A DNA stretch of 64,000 bases from a virus (lineage: Duplodnaviria; Caudoviricetes), in the IMG/VR virus record IMGVR_UViG_3300025858_000010, positions 32,001 to 96,000 of that record, one strand, 5' to 3'. Every line of letters starts with the position of its first letter. Positions within the stretch are counted from its first letter, which is position 1. The notes beneath the pieces are model-generated. The model made no database searches. It saw only the letters and a list, made by a program, of their open reading frames with translations, and was not told where the DNA came from. The translations under genes were made by a program, and so were the position numbers. This document shows positions 11,325-21,687 of the stretch, piece by piece.

Positions 11325-11579
11325 CTATCCGATCGCAGGACCCGGTGCTTTGTTATAATCAAAAGTGCCTTCATCATAAATATCAGCAATTTGTTCTATG
11401 GTTTCAAGATTACATTTCTTCATGATTTCCATGAGTGTTTCAAATTTATATTGTTCATCTAAATTTTCATAATATTTTGGACCAATTTTATCTCTAATTA
11501 TTTTTCTCTCTTTTTCACTTAAATATTTGATAGATTCCAATATATCTTCAAATGTTATTTCTTTTGTATAATTTTTCAT
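11325..11579 (-). CDS. Hypothetical protein (TAG stop)
   Basis: 84-aa ORF in a co-oriented run. Confidence 0.6.
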   Translation of the reverse strand: MKNYTKEITFEDILESIKYLSEKERKIIRDKIGPKYYENLDEQYKFETLMEIMKKCNLETIEQIADIYDEGTFDYNKAPGPAIG

Positions 11580-11597
11580 AACTATAATTTATTTTTT

Positions 11598-12071
11598 TTA
11601 TTTCCATTTACCGGAATATGATTTTTTACTTTTCGGTGTTATTTGACTTTCTTGTTCTTTTTTATCTTTTTTTTGTTTTTCATATTCTTTTTGAAGACGA
11701 TTTGCGTTTTCTACGAGTTTTAATGTAAATTTTTCAATAATGCCACAAGATGTATTAATTTCTGGTTCTTTAATTCTAATCGTACCTTTTTCTAAATCAA
11801 ATTCAATTTTATCTATTTCTTGTTCTATAAGAATTTGTTTTGTTTGTTCATCAAAATTATTAAAATAATCTTCATTAAAAATAACAAGTACATCTGCATC
11901 TAATAAGTAAGAATATGTATCTGTGATTTTTGATATTTTAACGAGTTTTTTTTGTTTACTATTTGCCACGTATACAAATTTAATATCCATCGGCATAGAA
12001 AAACTTTCTTCAATTTTTTTAAAGTATGTGATAATTTCATCACTTAAACTTTCGTAACTCTCTTTAGCCAT
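11598..12071 (-). CDS. Phage metallopeptidase-like protein with degenerate HExxH
   Basis: DVLVIFNEDYF..F.EQTKQILIEQEIDKI pattern without the His ligands. Confidence 0.45.
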   Translation of the reverse strand: MAKESYESLSDEIITYFKKIEESFSMPMDIKFVYVANSKQKKLVKISKITDTYSYLLDADVLVIFNEDYFNNFDEQTKQILIEQEIDKIEFDLEKGTIRIKEPEINTSCGIIEKFTLKLVENANRLQKEYEKQKKDKKEQESQITPKSKKSYSGKWK

Positions 12072-12122
12072 TTAATTTTATTATTTTTTATCCTATATAG
12101 GATTTTTCTTTAATTTCCATAT

Positions 12123-13223
12123 TTATTTATTAAAACGATTAAAACTATTTTGAGATATCAAATTTAGTTCAACTTTACCTATAAAATCATCCAATGATAA
12201 TTTCCCAGTATAAGACATAGCTGAAGCTAAATAATGTTTAAAATTTTCTGTCCATCCTTCTATAGTATATTCAACAGGATTTATTCTAGTCACTCCTTCT
12301 GAAGTTTTCAGATATTCATTACCCAATAGTTTTTGAACACCTTTAGTACTCATTCCTCTAAATTTCTTATAAAATTTTGCACCATTTTTAAAAGCATTTT
12401 TAACCCCATCAGAATATTGATCAACTTTTTCACCTGGTTCCAACCATCCTCCAGTTGGAGTATCGTGATGAATATTAGCGCCATAAGTATCCCCTGCACT
12501 TTCTAAGGATTTGTTTAGAATACCACCGATCATAACATAATCAGATCCTAATGCTAAAGATTTAATAATATCAGAATAATTTTTCATTCCGCCATCAGCA
12601 ACAATTTTAGCTGGGGATTTTAAAGTACAACTCATATCATAACACTCTGAAATTAGAGATGCCATTGGATATCCAACACCTACATTTTGACTTGTTAAAC
12701 AACCTGAACCGCCACCTATGCCAACACGAACGAAATCAGCACCGGCTTCTGATAAATATTTATATGTCTCTGGATTTGCAACATTACCAATCATAATAGT
12801 AAGAAGTTTATATTTTTCTTTAGCTTTTTCTATCAAAGTAATTAATTTTCGCATATGTCCGTTTGCTATATCAATAAGGATGAATTTTTCAAAAGTATTG
12901 CGCGCATGTTCAGGATTTATATAATATTTATTGTAATAATCATCATTTATAAAACTGTCTTCAAATTCTTTTAATCCAATAGCTTTCCAAGCATCATCCA
13001 TCGCAATATTAACAGTAGTTCTTGGAATTATTGGATATATTTTATTTTCGTGAAATATTTTGAAATTATTCATATTTACAACAGTATCCATAGGAGCTGT
13101 AAATAATGGTAACATACCATTTTTATCGAATACGTTAACATCCTTTCTCGAATTGATCATACTATTAGCACAAGGCTGAATTAGCAAATCATCGAAGTCA
13201 AATTTGAGTTTATTATTAATCAT
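12123..13223 (-). CDS. guaC: GMP reductase / IMPDH-family protein
   Basis: LIDIANGH, GNVA, RVGIGGGSGCLT, ADGG, DYVMIGG, FRGMST, SAMSY; no CBS pair. Confidence 0.85.
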   Translation of the reverse strand: MINNKLKFDFDDLLIQPCANSMINSRKDVNVFDKNGMLPLFTAPMDTVVNMNNFKIFHENKIYPIIPRTTVNIAMDDAWKAIGLKEFEDSFINDDYYNKYYINPEHARNTFEKFILIDIANGHMRKLITLIEKAKEKYKLLTIMIGNVANPETYKYLSEAGADFVRVGIGGGSGCLTSQNVGVGYPMASLISECYDMSCTLKSPAKIVADGGMKNYSDIIKSLALGSDYVMIGGILNKSLESAGDTYGANIHHDTPTGGWLEPGEKVDQYSDGVKNAFKNGAKFYKKFRGMSTKGVQKLLGNEYLKTSEGVTRINPVEYTIEGWTENFKHYLASAMSYTGKLSLDDFIGKVELNLISQNSFNRFNK

Positions 13224-13233
13224 TGATTTTATA

Positions 13234-13707
13234 TTATAAGGAAATAATAAAGTTTATTAAAAAAATTAATAATTTTATGAATCCTGCAATTAAAGCCGAC
13301 CCTAAAATTAATCCGATTGATCCAAGGAAAATATATAGAAATAGTTGATGGTTTTTAAATTTATACCTCAAAACCAATAATACATTAACATCGTCTATAT
13401 AATCTTTTCTAGATAAAGATACTAATTCAAATAAACCGATGCTAAAAAAATATTCAGATATAGAGTTTATATAACTATCTACCTCAGTATCAAGATATTT
13501 TTTAACATCAGTTTCAATTGGATTTTGTAAATTTGATGGTACTTTATAGTTTTTGAGTATCTCTTGTCTGCGTTCTGGTATACCAATTATAGTATATAAT
13601 CTACCATATTTTTTATCATATTTAAGTTTATATCTTTGAGTTATAATCTGTAAATTATCATTTATTATTTTTCTATATTTAAAATATCCAAATATCTTTT
13701 TAAACAT
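13234..13707 (-). CDS. Hypothetical protein with C-terminal TM segment
   Basis: 157-aa ORF with hydrophobic C-terminus. Confidence 0.65.
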   Translation of the reverse strand: MFKKIFGYFKYRKIINDNLQIITQRYKLKYDKKYGRLYTIIGIPERRQEILKNYKVPSNLQNPIETDVKKYLDTEVDSYINSISEYFFSIGLFELVSLSRKDYIDDVNVLLVLRYKFKNHQLFLYIFLGSIGLILGSALIAGFIKLLIFLINFIISL

Positions 13708-13770
13708 AAGAAACCTCTTTTTTTCTTATATATTCTAATTTAAAAAACTTGTTTTAATTATTTTTTTATT

Positions 13771-16700
13771 TCAGTTAACTTTATTACCTTTTGAAGTCTG
13801 TTCGATTTCTTCGTTTTCTTCGTTCTCAAAAGGTTTAGGAGTTGCCATAATTTTGACATTATCATCAAGACTTTTAACATATGTCAAAATATCTTCATAA
13901 AACTTATTTTTGGTATCTTCGACTATTGAACTTATATCCGGAGTTTCAACTTTATTTTCAATTGAAGCTGTTTCTTTAGTTTTTGCTGTTGCATTATCTG
14001 ATAATATAGATTTAATTTCATTTTTCTTTTCATCCAAAACTCTTAATGTTTCTTCTAACTTTTTATCATCAATTAATGATAAAATTAAAACGCCATTTGA
14101 GAATTTAGATAAATTTGTTAATGCTGTTGTATCTAACCTGGATAAAGATTCTCCAAAATCATTTATTGCTTTTGATAACATCCATATAGAAAAACTACCG
14201 GATATTCCCATAGATGTTATACTATTCATAGCGTCTGCTAACGTTTTAAGTCCTTCGGCTGATTCTTTAGTTGGTAAATTATCTACTAATTTTTTAATAG
14301 ATTTACTAAAATTATCTAAAGATCCACCGTCTTTGAACAAATCTTTGTAATTATCTAGTCCTTTAATGATTTTAGAGAAATCAATCATAGAATTTCCAGC
14401 ATCTTTCAATAAACTAAAATTATTATATCCAATAGAAGACAACATAGATATAGAAGATGTAAAAGATTGTATGGATTTTAAAACAGCATCAGACCATTCA
14501 GTTGGTGGATAATTTGTCCAAATAGTTTTTTCATTATCGCTAAATTGTCTTGCTGTCCACAATAATGCATTTATAGTTAAATATAGTCCTATCAAATTTC
14601 CAACGCTCATTGATGATCTATATACCATATCAATAAAAGAATTTATTGCTAAATTAACATTAGTCACCCATGTATCTGGTGGGTAATTCGTCCATATGTT
14701 AACATTATCTTTATTACTAAATTGCCTTGCTGTCCATAATAAAGAATTTATAATTAAATATAGCCCTATCAAATTATCAGTGCCTATTTCGGTTTGATTT
14801 ATATTGTTCAACACGTCAATAAAAGAATTTATTGCTAAATTAACATTAGTCACCCATGTATCTGGTGGGTAATTCGTCCATACATTAACGTTATCTTTAT
14901 TACTGAACTGTTTAGCTGTCCATAATAAAGAATTTATAATTAAATATAACCCTATCAAATTATCAGTGCCTATTTCGGTTTGATTTATATTGTTCAACAT
15001 GTCAATAAATGAATTTATTGCTAAATTAACATTAGTCACCCATGTATCTGGTGGGTAATTCGTCCATATGTTAACATTATCTTTATTGCTAAATTGTTTG
15101 GCTGTCCATAATAGAGATTTTATAATTAAATATAGCCCTATCAAATTATCAGTTCCTATTTCGGTTTGATTTATATTATTCAACATGTCAATAAATGAAT
15201 TTATTGCTAAATTGACATTAGTTACCCATGTATCTGGTGGATAATTTGACCATATATCTCCGCTATCCTCGAATTTTTCTGCAGTGTTGATCATAGCAGA
15301 TATAATACTATTCAAATTTTTGATATCCCCTTTACCAATATCCTTTTTTTCAATTTCAACTAAATATTTGAGGAATGTCCCGATAGATTTTCCAACTCCC
15401 TCAGCCCAATCACCGGTCGGATATATGCTCCATATAGTGGGATCATCACTAAAATCTTCAGCTGCGTCTATCATAGCTGAAATGGTTTTTCTCAATGTTT
15501 TAACATCACCCCTACCAATATCTTTTTTTTCAATTTCAGCTAAATATTTAACGAATGTCCCGACAGATTTTCCAACTCCTTCAGCCCAATCACCGGTCGG
15601 ATATGTGTTCCATATATCAGGATTATCATTAAATGCTTCAGCAGCATTAATCATTGAAGCTATTGTTTTTTTCAATATCTTGATATCACCCTTACCAACA
15701 TCTTCTTTCTCAATCTCAACTAAATATTTAACAAAAGTACCAATAGCCTTTCCTACTGCATCAGACCATTCTGAAGTTGGATAATTATTTACCGCTTCAT
15801 TCCAATCATATTCACCTATTATCTCAGCTGCGTCTATCATACCATAAGCCAATCTTCTTATACTCCTTGTTATATCTCTTCCTGTTATATCATTTTTGCC
15901 TAATTCAGCCAAAGGACTAGCAAAGGCGTTTATAGCTTCTCCAACTCCTTTAGACCATTCAGATGTTGGATAATTTGTTATTTTTGACCAATCAAAACCA
16001 TTTAATATATTAGCAGCTGTTATTATACCGTGACAAATATATTCTACGGCTTCTATAAAATCATCATAATCCACATCAGCTTCTTCTAAAGCGGCCAATC
16101 CCTTAGCAAACATCATAATAGCCCCACCCACTCCTTTTGACCATTCTTCATTTGGATAATTTCCAGACCAACCTACGCTACTCAGTATATCATTGGCTAC
16201 TGTCATGGCATTCGCTATTTCTATTATCTTATCTGATTGACTTTGACCAAATATAGATCCAAGGAAACTGTCTGATTCAGATAAAGCTGATAATCCTTTG
16301 GCAAATGCCATTATAGAACCACCAACTCCCTTTGCCCATTCTTCGGTTGGACCACCAGTATAATCCCCCATTGCTAATATATCAGCGACATCAACAATAG
16401 ATTGAGCAACGTATTTCATAACAAAACCGCCAATGATCACAAATGGTAATAATGATGTAAATAAAATTGTGGACATCCCGACAGCCAATAACAACGCACC
16501 AGTACCCAACGACCATTCAACCGTTGGCCCTTTTTCATAATTTCCTTGAGATAATATATTTGACACTAATACAATAATTCCCGAAACTCCTAATGTGGCT
16601 AATCCTCCAGCGACTAAAGATAATAAACCGAAAGAACCTAATATGGCCATAGTTCCAGAGAAAGCCACAATTGATAATCCTACACCAGCAGCCCATTCTA

Positions 16701-18852
16701 AAGAAGGATAATCTTCATAATTACCTAAACCTATAATTAAAGAAGTTAACATTATAGTTCCAGCAACGGCTAAAGTGGCTACAACTCCGACTAACATTGC
16801 GTCAGCAACTAATCCACCAGATGCCAATGTTAAAGATCCAATTACACCCATAGATGTTCCAAATGCTATTAAAGATAGACCAACACCAAGTGACCATTCT
16901 ATCGTTGGATACTCATAATAATCCCCTTTATTTAAAATTAAAGAAGTTAACATTATAGTTCCAGCAACTGCTAAAGTTGCTATAGCCCCAATTAACATTG
17001 CTCCTGCAGTCAATCCACCAGTTGCCATTATTATAAGTCCAAGTACTCCCATTGCACTGCCAAAAGCAATTAAAGACAATCCTACACCCAAAGACCAACC
17101 AACCGATGGATATTCATCATATTTTCCTTCATTTAAAATTATAGAAGTTAACCATATAGTACCTGCCACTGCTATGGTAGCTGCAGATCCTATAGTCATT
17201 GCTATAGCAGCGGAACCACCAGTCATTGATATAATACCACCGATAATCATCATAGCGGTACCAAAAGCAATTAAAGACAATCCTACACCCAAAGACCAAC
17301 CAACCGATGGATATTCATCATATTTTCCTTTATTTAATATCCAGCTCGTGATCATAATAACTGCAGATATTCCAATTAAACTCAGCCCACCAACAAATAA
17401 TTCTTTTGTACTAAGATTTAATTTTTTTATTGTCCAAACTAAACCAGCAAAAGCTAATATTACTAATCCTGAACCGATTGACCACTTCCAGTCCGGGAAA
17501 TTATCATATATACCCAAATTTAATAACCAACTACTCGCCATTATAGTACCTGAAGCAATTAATATATTGGTTGATGCTCGCAACATTTCTTCAGATTTAA
17601 TTGGTTTTAGGGCGTATATAGCTGGTGTTAAAAACAATACAGACAAACCTATAGCCAAACTAGTCATTATTAATTGTAATGATTGTCTAAATGAAAAAAA
17701 CTTAATACCTACTAATATCCAACTAGCTGCCACCAATCCTACTGATAAAGCTGTCACCAAGAGTCCTGCAGATACTACTTCTTTTAATGTGAAATCTTTC
17801 ATTTTGTTTATAAGAGGAGACATTAAATAAACTAAAACCCCAATAGTAACCGCTACAAAAACGGAACTTATCATTTGCATAAAGGATATGGGTTTTATTC
17901 CGGATAAGATCCATGATGATATTACTAAACCCTGCGCTAAAGCAGGAACTATTATAGGAACCATTAAAAATTGGTTAACGTGTCTATTTTCCAATTTAGC
18001 CTTGTCTAATGCTTTAGTTATCAACCACAAAGATGTACCTATAGCGGTGGCAACGAATATTGTCGTTATTACTTGTGCAAATGTCAATGGAACCACTGCT
18101 GCTAATATTAAACTAGATATAGCTATACCCAAAGCTATAAGTGGTAATACTAGAGGGAGAAGCATCATTTTTGGATAATCTTTTTTATCCAAATTAGATT
18201 TTTTAACAGCATAATATACTAATGGGAGAGATATACCCATAGCAGTTGCTGTAAATATAATAGACATCATTTTAGCAAATGATATTGTTGCGGCTAAACC
18301 AAGTGCCCAACTTGATACCATTAAACCAGTGGACATCACAACCATTATAGATGATACGATTGCAGCATCCTTCCATGTCATTCCTTCTGTTAATGAAGCC
18401 ACCATAACGAAAGCTCCAGCAATAAATACCATGGTCAATCCTATGCCGATAACTGATAAAAAGTCGACAGGAGCAATTAATTTTATAGCCAATCCAATAG
18501 CTAATATTCCGGCGGCTATAAGTGTAATAACTTTAACTGCGTCGATAATTTTCTTTTTATTTTCAGTTTCGGATATAGATTGAAAAACACCACCTTTTTC
18601 TTTATCTTTTTTAGATGCTCTAATTTCCTCTAAAATTTTATCTGTGGTATTTTCAATTTTGCCAACAGATTTAACTACAATTTGAAGATTTTTAACAACA
18701 GAACCCAAATCATTGTTCATGGCAGATAACATTTCATTTACGCTATCTGCATTTTCTTTTTTTAAATCCTCATTAAGTAACTGTACTATTTTATCTAATG
18801 CGGTTGTAAAATTCTCTAATCTATCGACAAATTTTCTATCTATTGTAGGCAT
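13771..18852 (-). CDS. Tape-measure-like / ejected membrane repeat protein (1693 aa)
   Basis: Long helical protein, hydrophobic N-half, about 60-70-aa repeats anchored on YPxxxW; late-type promoter upstream. Confidence 0.55.
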   Translation of the reverse strand: MPTIDRKFVDRLENFTTALDKIVQLLNEDLKKENADSVNEMLSAMNNDLGSVVKNLQIVVKSVGKIENTTDKILEEIRASKKDKEKGGVFQSISETENKKKIIDAVKVITLIAAGILAIGLAIKLIAPVDFLSVIGIGLTMVFIAGAFVMVASLTEGMTWKDAAIVSSIMVVMSTGLMVSSWALGLAATISFAKMMSIIFTATAMGISLPLVYYAVKKSNLDKKDYPKMMLLPLVLPLIALGIAISSLILAAVVPLTFAQVITTIFVATAIGTSLWLITKALDKAKLENRHVNQFLMVPIIVPALAQGLVISSWILSGIKPISFMQMISSVFVAVTIGVLVYLMSPLINKMKDFTLKEVVSAGLLVTALSVGLVAASWILVGIKFFSFRQSLQLIMTSLAIGLSVLFLTPAIYALKPIKSEEMLRASTNILIASGTIMASSWLLNLGIYDNFPDWKWSIGSGLVILAFAGLVWTIKKLNLSTKELFVGGLSLIGISAVIMITSWILNKGKYDEYPSVGWSLGVGLSLIAFGTAMMIIGGIISMTGGSAAIAMTIGSAATIAVAGTIWLTSIILNEGKYDEYPSVGWSLGVGLSLIAFGSAMGVLGLIIMATGGLTAGAMLIGAIATLAVAGTIMLTSLILNKGDYYEYPTIEWSLGVGLSLIAFGTSMGVIGSLTLASGGLVADAMLVGVVATLAVAGTIMLTSLIIGLGNYEDYPSLEWAAGVGLSIVAFSGTMAILGSFGLLSLVAGGLATLGVSGIIVLVSNILSQGNYEKGPTVEWSLGTGALLLAVGMSTILFTSLLPFVIIGGFVMKYVAQSIVDVADILAMGDYTGGPTEEWAKGVGGSIMAFAKGLSALSESDSFLGSIFGQSQSDKIIEIANAMTVANDILSSVGWSGNYPNEEWSKGVGGAIMMFAKGLAALEEADVDYDDFIEAVEYICHGIITAANILNGFDWSKITNYPTSEWSKGVGEAINAFASPLAELGKNDITGRDITRSIRRLAYGMIDAAEIIGEYDWNEAVNNYPTSEWSDAVGKAIGTFVKYLVEIEKEDVGKGDIKILKKTIASMINAAEAFNDNPDIWNTYPTGDWAEGVGKSVGTFVKYLAEIEKKDIGRGDVKTLRKTISAMIDAAEDFSDDPTIWSIYPTGDWAEGVGKSIGTFLKYLVEIEKKDIGKGDIKNLNSIISAMINTAEKFEDSGDIWSNYPPDTWVTNVNLAINSFIDMLNNINQTEIGTDNLIGLYLIIKSLLWTAKQFSNKDNVNIWTNYPPDTWVTNVNLAINSFIDMLNNINQTEIGTDNLIGLYLIINSLLWTAKQFSNKDNVNVWTNYPPDTWVTNVNLAINSFIDVLNNINQTEIGTDNLIGLYLIINSLLWTARQFSNKDNVNIWTNYPPDTWVTNVNLAINSFIDMVYRSSMSVGNLIGLYLTINALLWTARQFSDNEKTIWTNYPPTEWSDAVLKSIQSFTSSISMLSSIGYNNFSLLKDAGNSMIDFSKIIKGLDNYKDLFKDGGSLDNFSKSIKKLVDNLPTKESAEGLKTLADAMNSITSMGISGSFSIWMLSKAINDFGESLSRLDTTALTNLSKFSNGVLILSLIDDKKLEETLRVLDEKKNEIKSILSDNATAKTKETASIENKVETPDISSIVEDTKNKFYEDILTYVKSLDDNVKIMATPKPFENEENEEIEQTSKGNKVN
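14510..15250 (-). repeat. Near-identical 186-bp (62-aa) tandem repeats inside the tape-measure-like gene
   Basis: NYPPDTWVTNVNLAINSFID recurs four times at 186-bp spacing. Confidence 0.9.
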
Positions 18853-18854
18853 AA

Positions 18855-18899
18855 AAAAGCCGCGTTTTTCTTTTATATATTAAATACGCGACCTTCTTT
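18855..18899 (-). promoter_or_regulatory. TTAATATATA promoter motif inside a hairpin abutting the start codon
   Basis: Minus strand AAGGTCGCGT..TTAATATATA..ACGCGGCTTTTTT-ATG. Confidence 0.6.
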
Positions 18900-18938
18900 T
18901 TTTTAAAATAGAAAAAGATTATGATTCCTATTCCATTA

Positions 18939-19141
18939 TTATGGAATAGATTTTTCTAATTTCATCATCGTCCAATTTAGATAATAGATTTACAATATTG
19001 TGATTATCTTTTTTTGAGATAGTCATAAATATATCTTTCCATAGGATCTGATATAAAATAATCAAGTTTTAATTTATCGATACCATCTAAATTAGTTAAT
19101 CTGTTACCATCGTTTTCTTTTAAATATTTTAAATGTTTCAT
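18939..19141 (-). pseudogene. Deleted LRR-gene remnant
   Basis: MKHLKYLKE start, one partial repeat NRLTNLDGIDKL, frameshifted tail. Confidence 0.55.
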
Positions 19142-19151
19142 TTTTTTTTTA

Positions 19152-19571
19152 TTATTTTTTTAAATATTTTTCTTTATTGTTTGCGATTTGTGTTTGTAAA
19201 ATTTTAATTTTATCTTCTAATGCTTTTAATATTGTTTTATTATTTTTTATTTTTGCTTTTTGACTATCAATAAAATTCTTTTGATTTGTGGCGTTATTTG
19301 GATCATTTGGATTATTTGGCATCAGATCTCTTTGAGCGTTTTCCATTTGATTAATTTCATCAGAAATTTTTTGTTTTTGAATATTCAAAAAATTTATATA
19401 TTCTTGTGTATTAGTTATATTAGTTTTAACGTTTTTCTGTATATCTTGTTGTGGTTGAGATTGATTTGGATTCAATGGTTTTTTATTTTGCATTTCAATA
19501 TTAAGATCAATAGCATTTTTCATATCGTCCATGTTGATTGCTTCAGTGAATAATTCAAATTTAGTTATCAT
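19152..19571 (-). CDS. Putative virion-internal coiled-coil protein
   Basis: MITKFELFTE start; Q/N-rich coiled coil. Confidence 0.65.
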   Translation of the reverse strand: MITKFELFTEAINMDDMKNAIDLNIEMQNKKPLNPNQSQPQQDIQKNVKTNITNTQEYINFLNIQKQKISDEINQMENAQRDLMPNNPNDPNNATNQKNFIDSQKAKIKNNKTILKALEDKIKILQTQIANNKEKYLKK

Positions 19572-19666
19572 TATTTTATTATTTTTTTTACATTAAAATC
19601 ATTGTAAATAAATTTCATATTTTCTATATTTTATTTAATTCGAATATTTTAAAATCCTTTATTATT

Positions 19667-20551
19667 TTATATTCTTAAATTTTTTATTTTTAATGATTTT
19701 AAATAATTTTTATATTCATCAGTAAATCTATTATTATTACAATATAATCTTTCTAAATTGGTCAAATGTTCAATTCCTTCTAAACTAGTTAATTGATTAT
19801 TAGAACAATGTAAATATCTTAAATTAGTTAAATGTTCAATTCCTTCTAAACTAGTTAAATGATTACGTGAACAATATAATATCTCTAAATTCGTTAAATG
19901 TTCAATTCCATCTAAACTAGTTAATTCATTATTAGAACAATATAATTCTCTTAAATTCGTTAAATGTTCAATTCCATCTAAACTAGTTAATTCATTATTA
20001 GAACAATATAATTCTCTTAAATTCGTTAAATGTTCAATACCATTTAAATTAGTTAATTGATTACCAAAACAAATCAATTCTCTCAAAATTGTTAAATGTT
20101 CAATGCCTTCTAAATTAGTTAATCGATTATAAAAACAATCTAATGATATTAAATTCGTTAAATGTTCGATTCCTTCTAAACTAGTTAATTCATTATTAGA
20201 ACAATCCAATTCTCTTAAATTCGTTAAATGTTCAATTCCTTCTAAACTAGTTAATTGATTATAAGAACAATCCAATTCTCTTAAATTCGTTAAATGTTCA
20301 ATGCCTTCTAAATTAGTTAATTGATTACCAAAACAAATCAATTCTCTCAAAATTGTTAAATGTTCAATTCCTTCTAAACTAGTTAATCCTTTATAAGAAC
20401 AATCTAAAGACATTATTTGATCTAATGGTTTATTTTGTTCTTTAGCTAACTGTATTATCGGAGTATCATTATCGTCATCCCAATCTTCCTCACCATAAGG
20501 ATCTATATCCGATCTGTTTAATTGTTCAAATATTTTAAAATCCTTTATCAT
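19667..20551 (-). CDS. Leucine-rich repeat protein (22-aa SDS22/internalin-like repeats) with DPYGEEDW tag
   Basis: About 11 LxxLxCxxNxLTxLxGIEHLTN repeats after MIKDFKIFE..DIDPYGEEDW. Confidence 0.92.
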   Translation of the reverse strand: MIKDFKIFEQLNRSDIDPYGEEDWDDDNDTPIIQLAKEQNKPLDQIMSLDCSYKGLTSLEGIEHLTILRELICFGNQLTNLEGIEHLTNLRELDCSYNQLTSLEGIEHLTNLRELDCSNNELTSLEGIEHLTNLISLDCFYNRLTNLEGIEHLTILRELICFGNQLTNLNGIEHLTNLRELYCSNNELTSLDGIEHLTNLRELYCSNNELTSLDGIEHLTNLEILYCSRNHLTSLEGIEHLTNLRYLHCSNNQLTSLEGIEHLTNLERLYCNNNRFTDEYKNYLKSLKIKNLRI

Positions 20552-20552
20552 T

Positions 20553-20691
20553 TTATATACTTAAATATTTTATTTTCAATGATCTTAAATAGTTTTTATA
20601 TTTCTTGAGTAAATCTATTATTGTTAAACATATGGATCAATATCCATCTATTTAATTGATCAAATATTCTAAAATTCATGAAATTGTTCAT
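20553..20691 (-). pseudogene. Collapsed LRR-gene remnant (paralog of 26375..27070)
   Basis: MNNFMNFRIFDQLNR / DIDPY joined directly to FNNNRFT..YKNYLRSLKIK; all repeats deleted. Confidence 0.75.
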
Positions 20692-20707
20692 TTCTAATGA
20701 CAAATTA

Positions 20708-21655
20708 TTATTTATCGAATTGTTCATATCTGTCATCTTGAAGAACAACATCATTTGGAAGAGGTTCTGGATTTTCTTCTGAATATTCTTCTATCTTTAA
20801 TCTTTTTCTAGCTTCTATTGGATTATCCTCACTTCCTACTACTTGTTCTATTTCGTCTTCGGTTTCTAATTCTTCATCATTAATATAATCTTCAAAATCT
20901 TCCTCTTCTTCATCTATTAACCCCATTTGTTGTTTATTAAAATTTTCCCAATATTTAATCCAACTTTCATTTGGCATTTCTCTTTTATTTCCTTTATTTA
21001 ACCCCATAGGATTATCTTCTGTTCCGCGTAATATGTCATTATCTTCTTCTTGATAATCTTCTTCTTCACCTTCATCCCAATCCTCTTTTTCTTTATATTC
21101 TGGTTCCATACCTGGATTATATGTATCTCCTACTAATTCTTCGTCATCATCTTTGAAATTTTCATAAACATCATCGATATTGATTCTTTCATCATCTATA
21201 TCTTCATCTACATCATTATCTATTTTATCACTATATTCGTCTGTTATTTCATCTTCCGGATTTTCTATTGTGTGTACTGCCTGTATTTTTTTCTGTTCCA
21301 AACCTTCTTTTACAATTGGTTTTTTTGCCCATTCCGGTGTACCAGTAAATCCTTTTAATGGAATTTCATCGATTTTATTTCCTGTGATTTCTTTAAGAAT
21401 TTCTTTAAAAGTATATTTTTTAATTTCACCTGTAATCCTATCTGATATATATACTCTTTCATTTTGAACACTGTCAATAAAACCGTCAATTTTTTTAGTT
21501 AAAATATGTTTACCGATTCTCAGAAAATCCAATGTCTGATTTGAATTATTTAATGTTTGTTTTTTTGGAGTTGTTGGTATAAGATCTATATTTCCCGGAC
21601 CTTTTCCTTTATTCTCTACGCTTTCCTTTACGAAATTCTTAAAATCTTTTATCAT
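20708..21655 (-). CDS. Acidic putative virion-internal protein
   Basis: MIKDFKNFVKE start; D/E-rich C-terminal half. Confidence 0.7.
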   Translation of the reverse strand: MIKDFKNFVKESVENKGKGPGNIDLIPTTPKKQTLNNSNQTLDFLRIGKHILTKKIDGFIDSVQNERVYISDRITGEIKKYTFKEILKEITGNKIDEIPLKGFTGTPEWAKKPIVKEGLEQKKIQAVHTIENPEDEITDEYSDKIDNDVDEDIDDERINIDDVYENFKDDDEELVGDTYNPGMEPEYKEKEDWDEGEEEDYQEEDNDILRGTEDNPMGLNKGNKREMPNESWIKYWENFNKQQMGLIDEEEEDFEDYINDEELETEDEIEQVVGSEDNPIEARKRLKIEEYSEENPEPLPNDVVLQDDRYEQFDK

Positions 21656-21687
21656 TTTTATTATTATTATTTTTTATTAATGTGTTT

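Noticed and set aside
13910-18583. Plus-strand ORFs antisense to the tape-measure-like gene (and similar shadow ORFs at 2437, 5702, 34808, 56068)
   Set aside because: Antisense shadows of real genes with no motifs or credible starts
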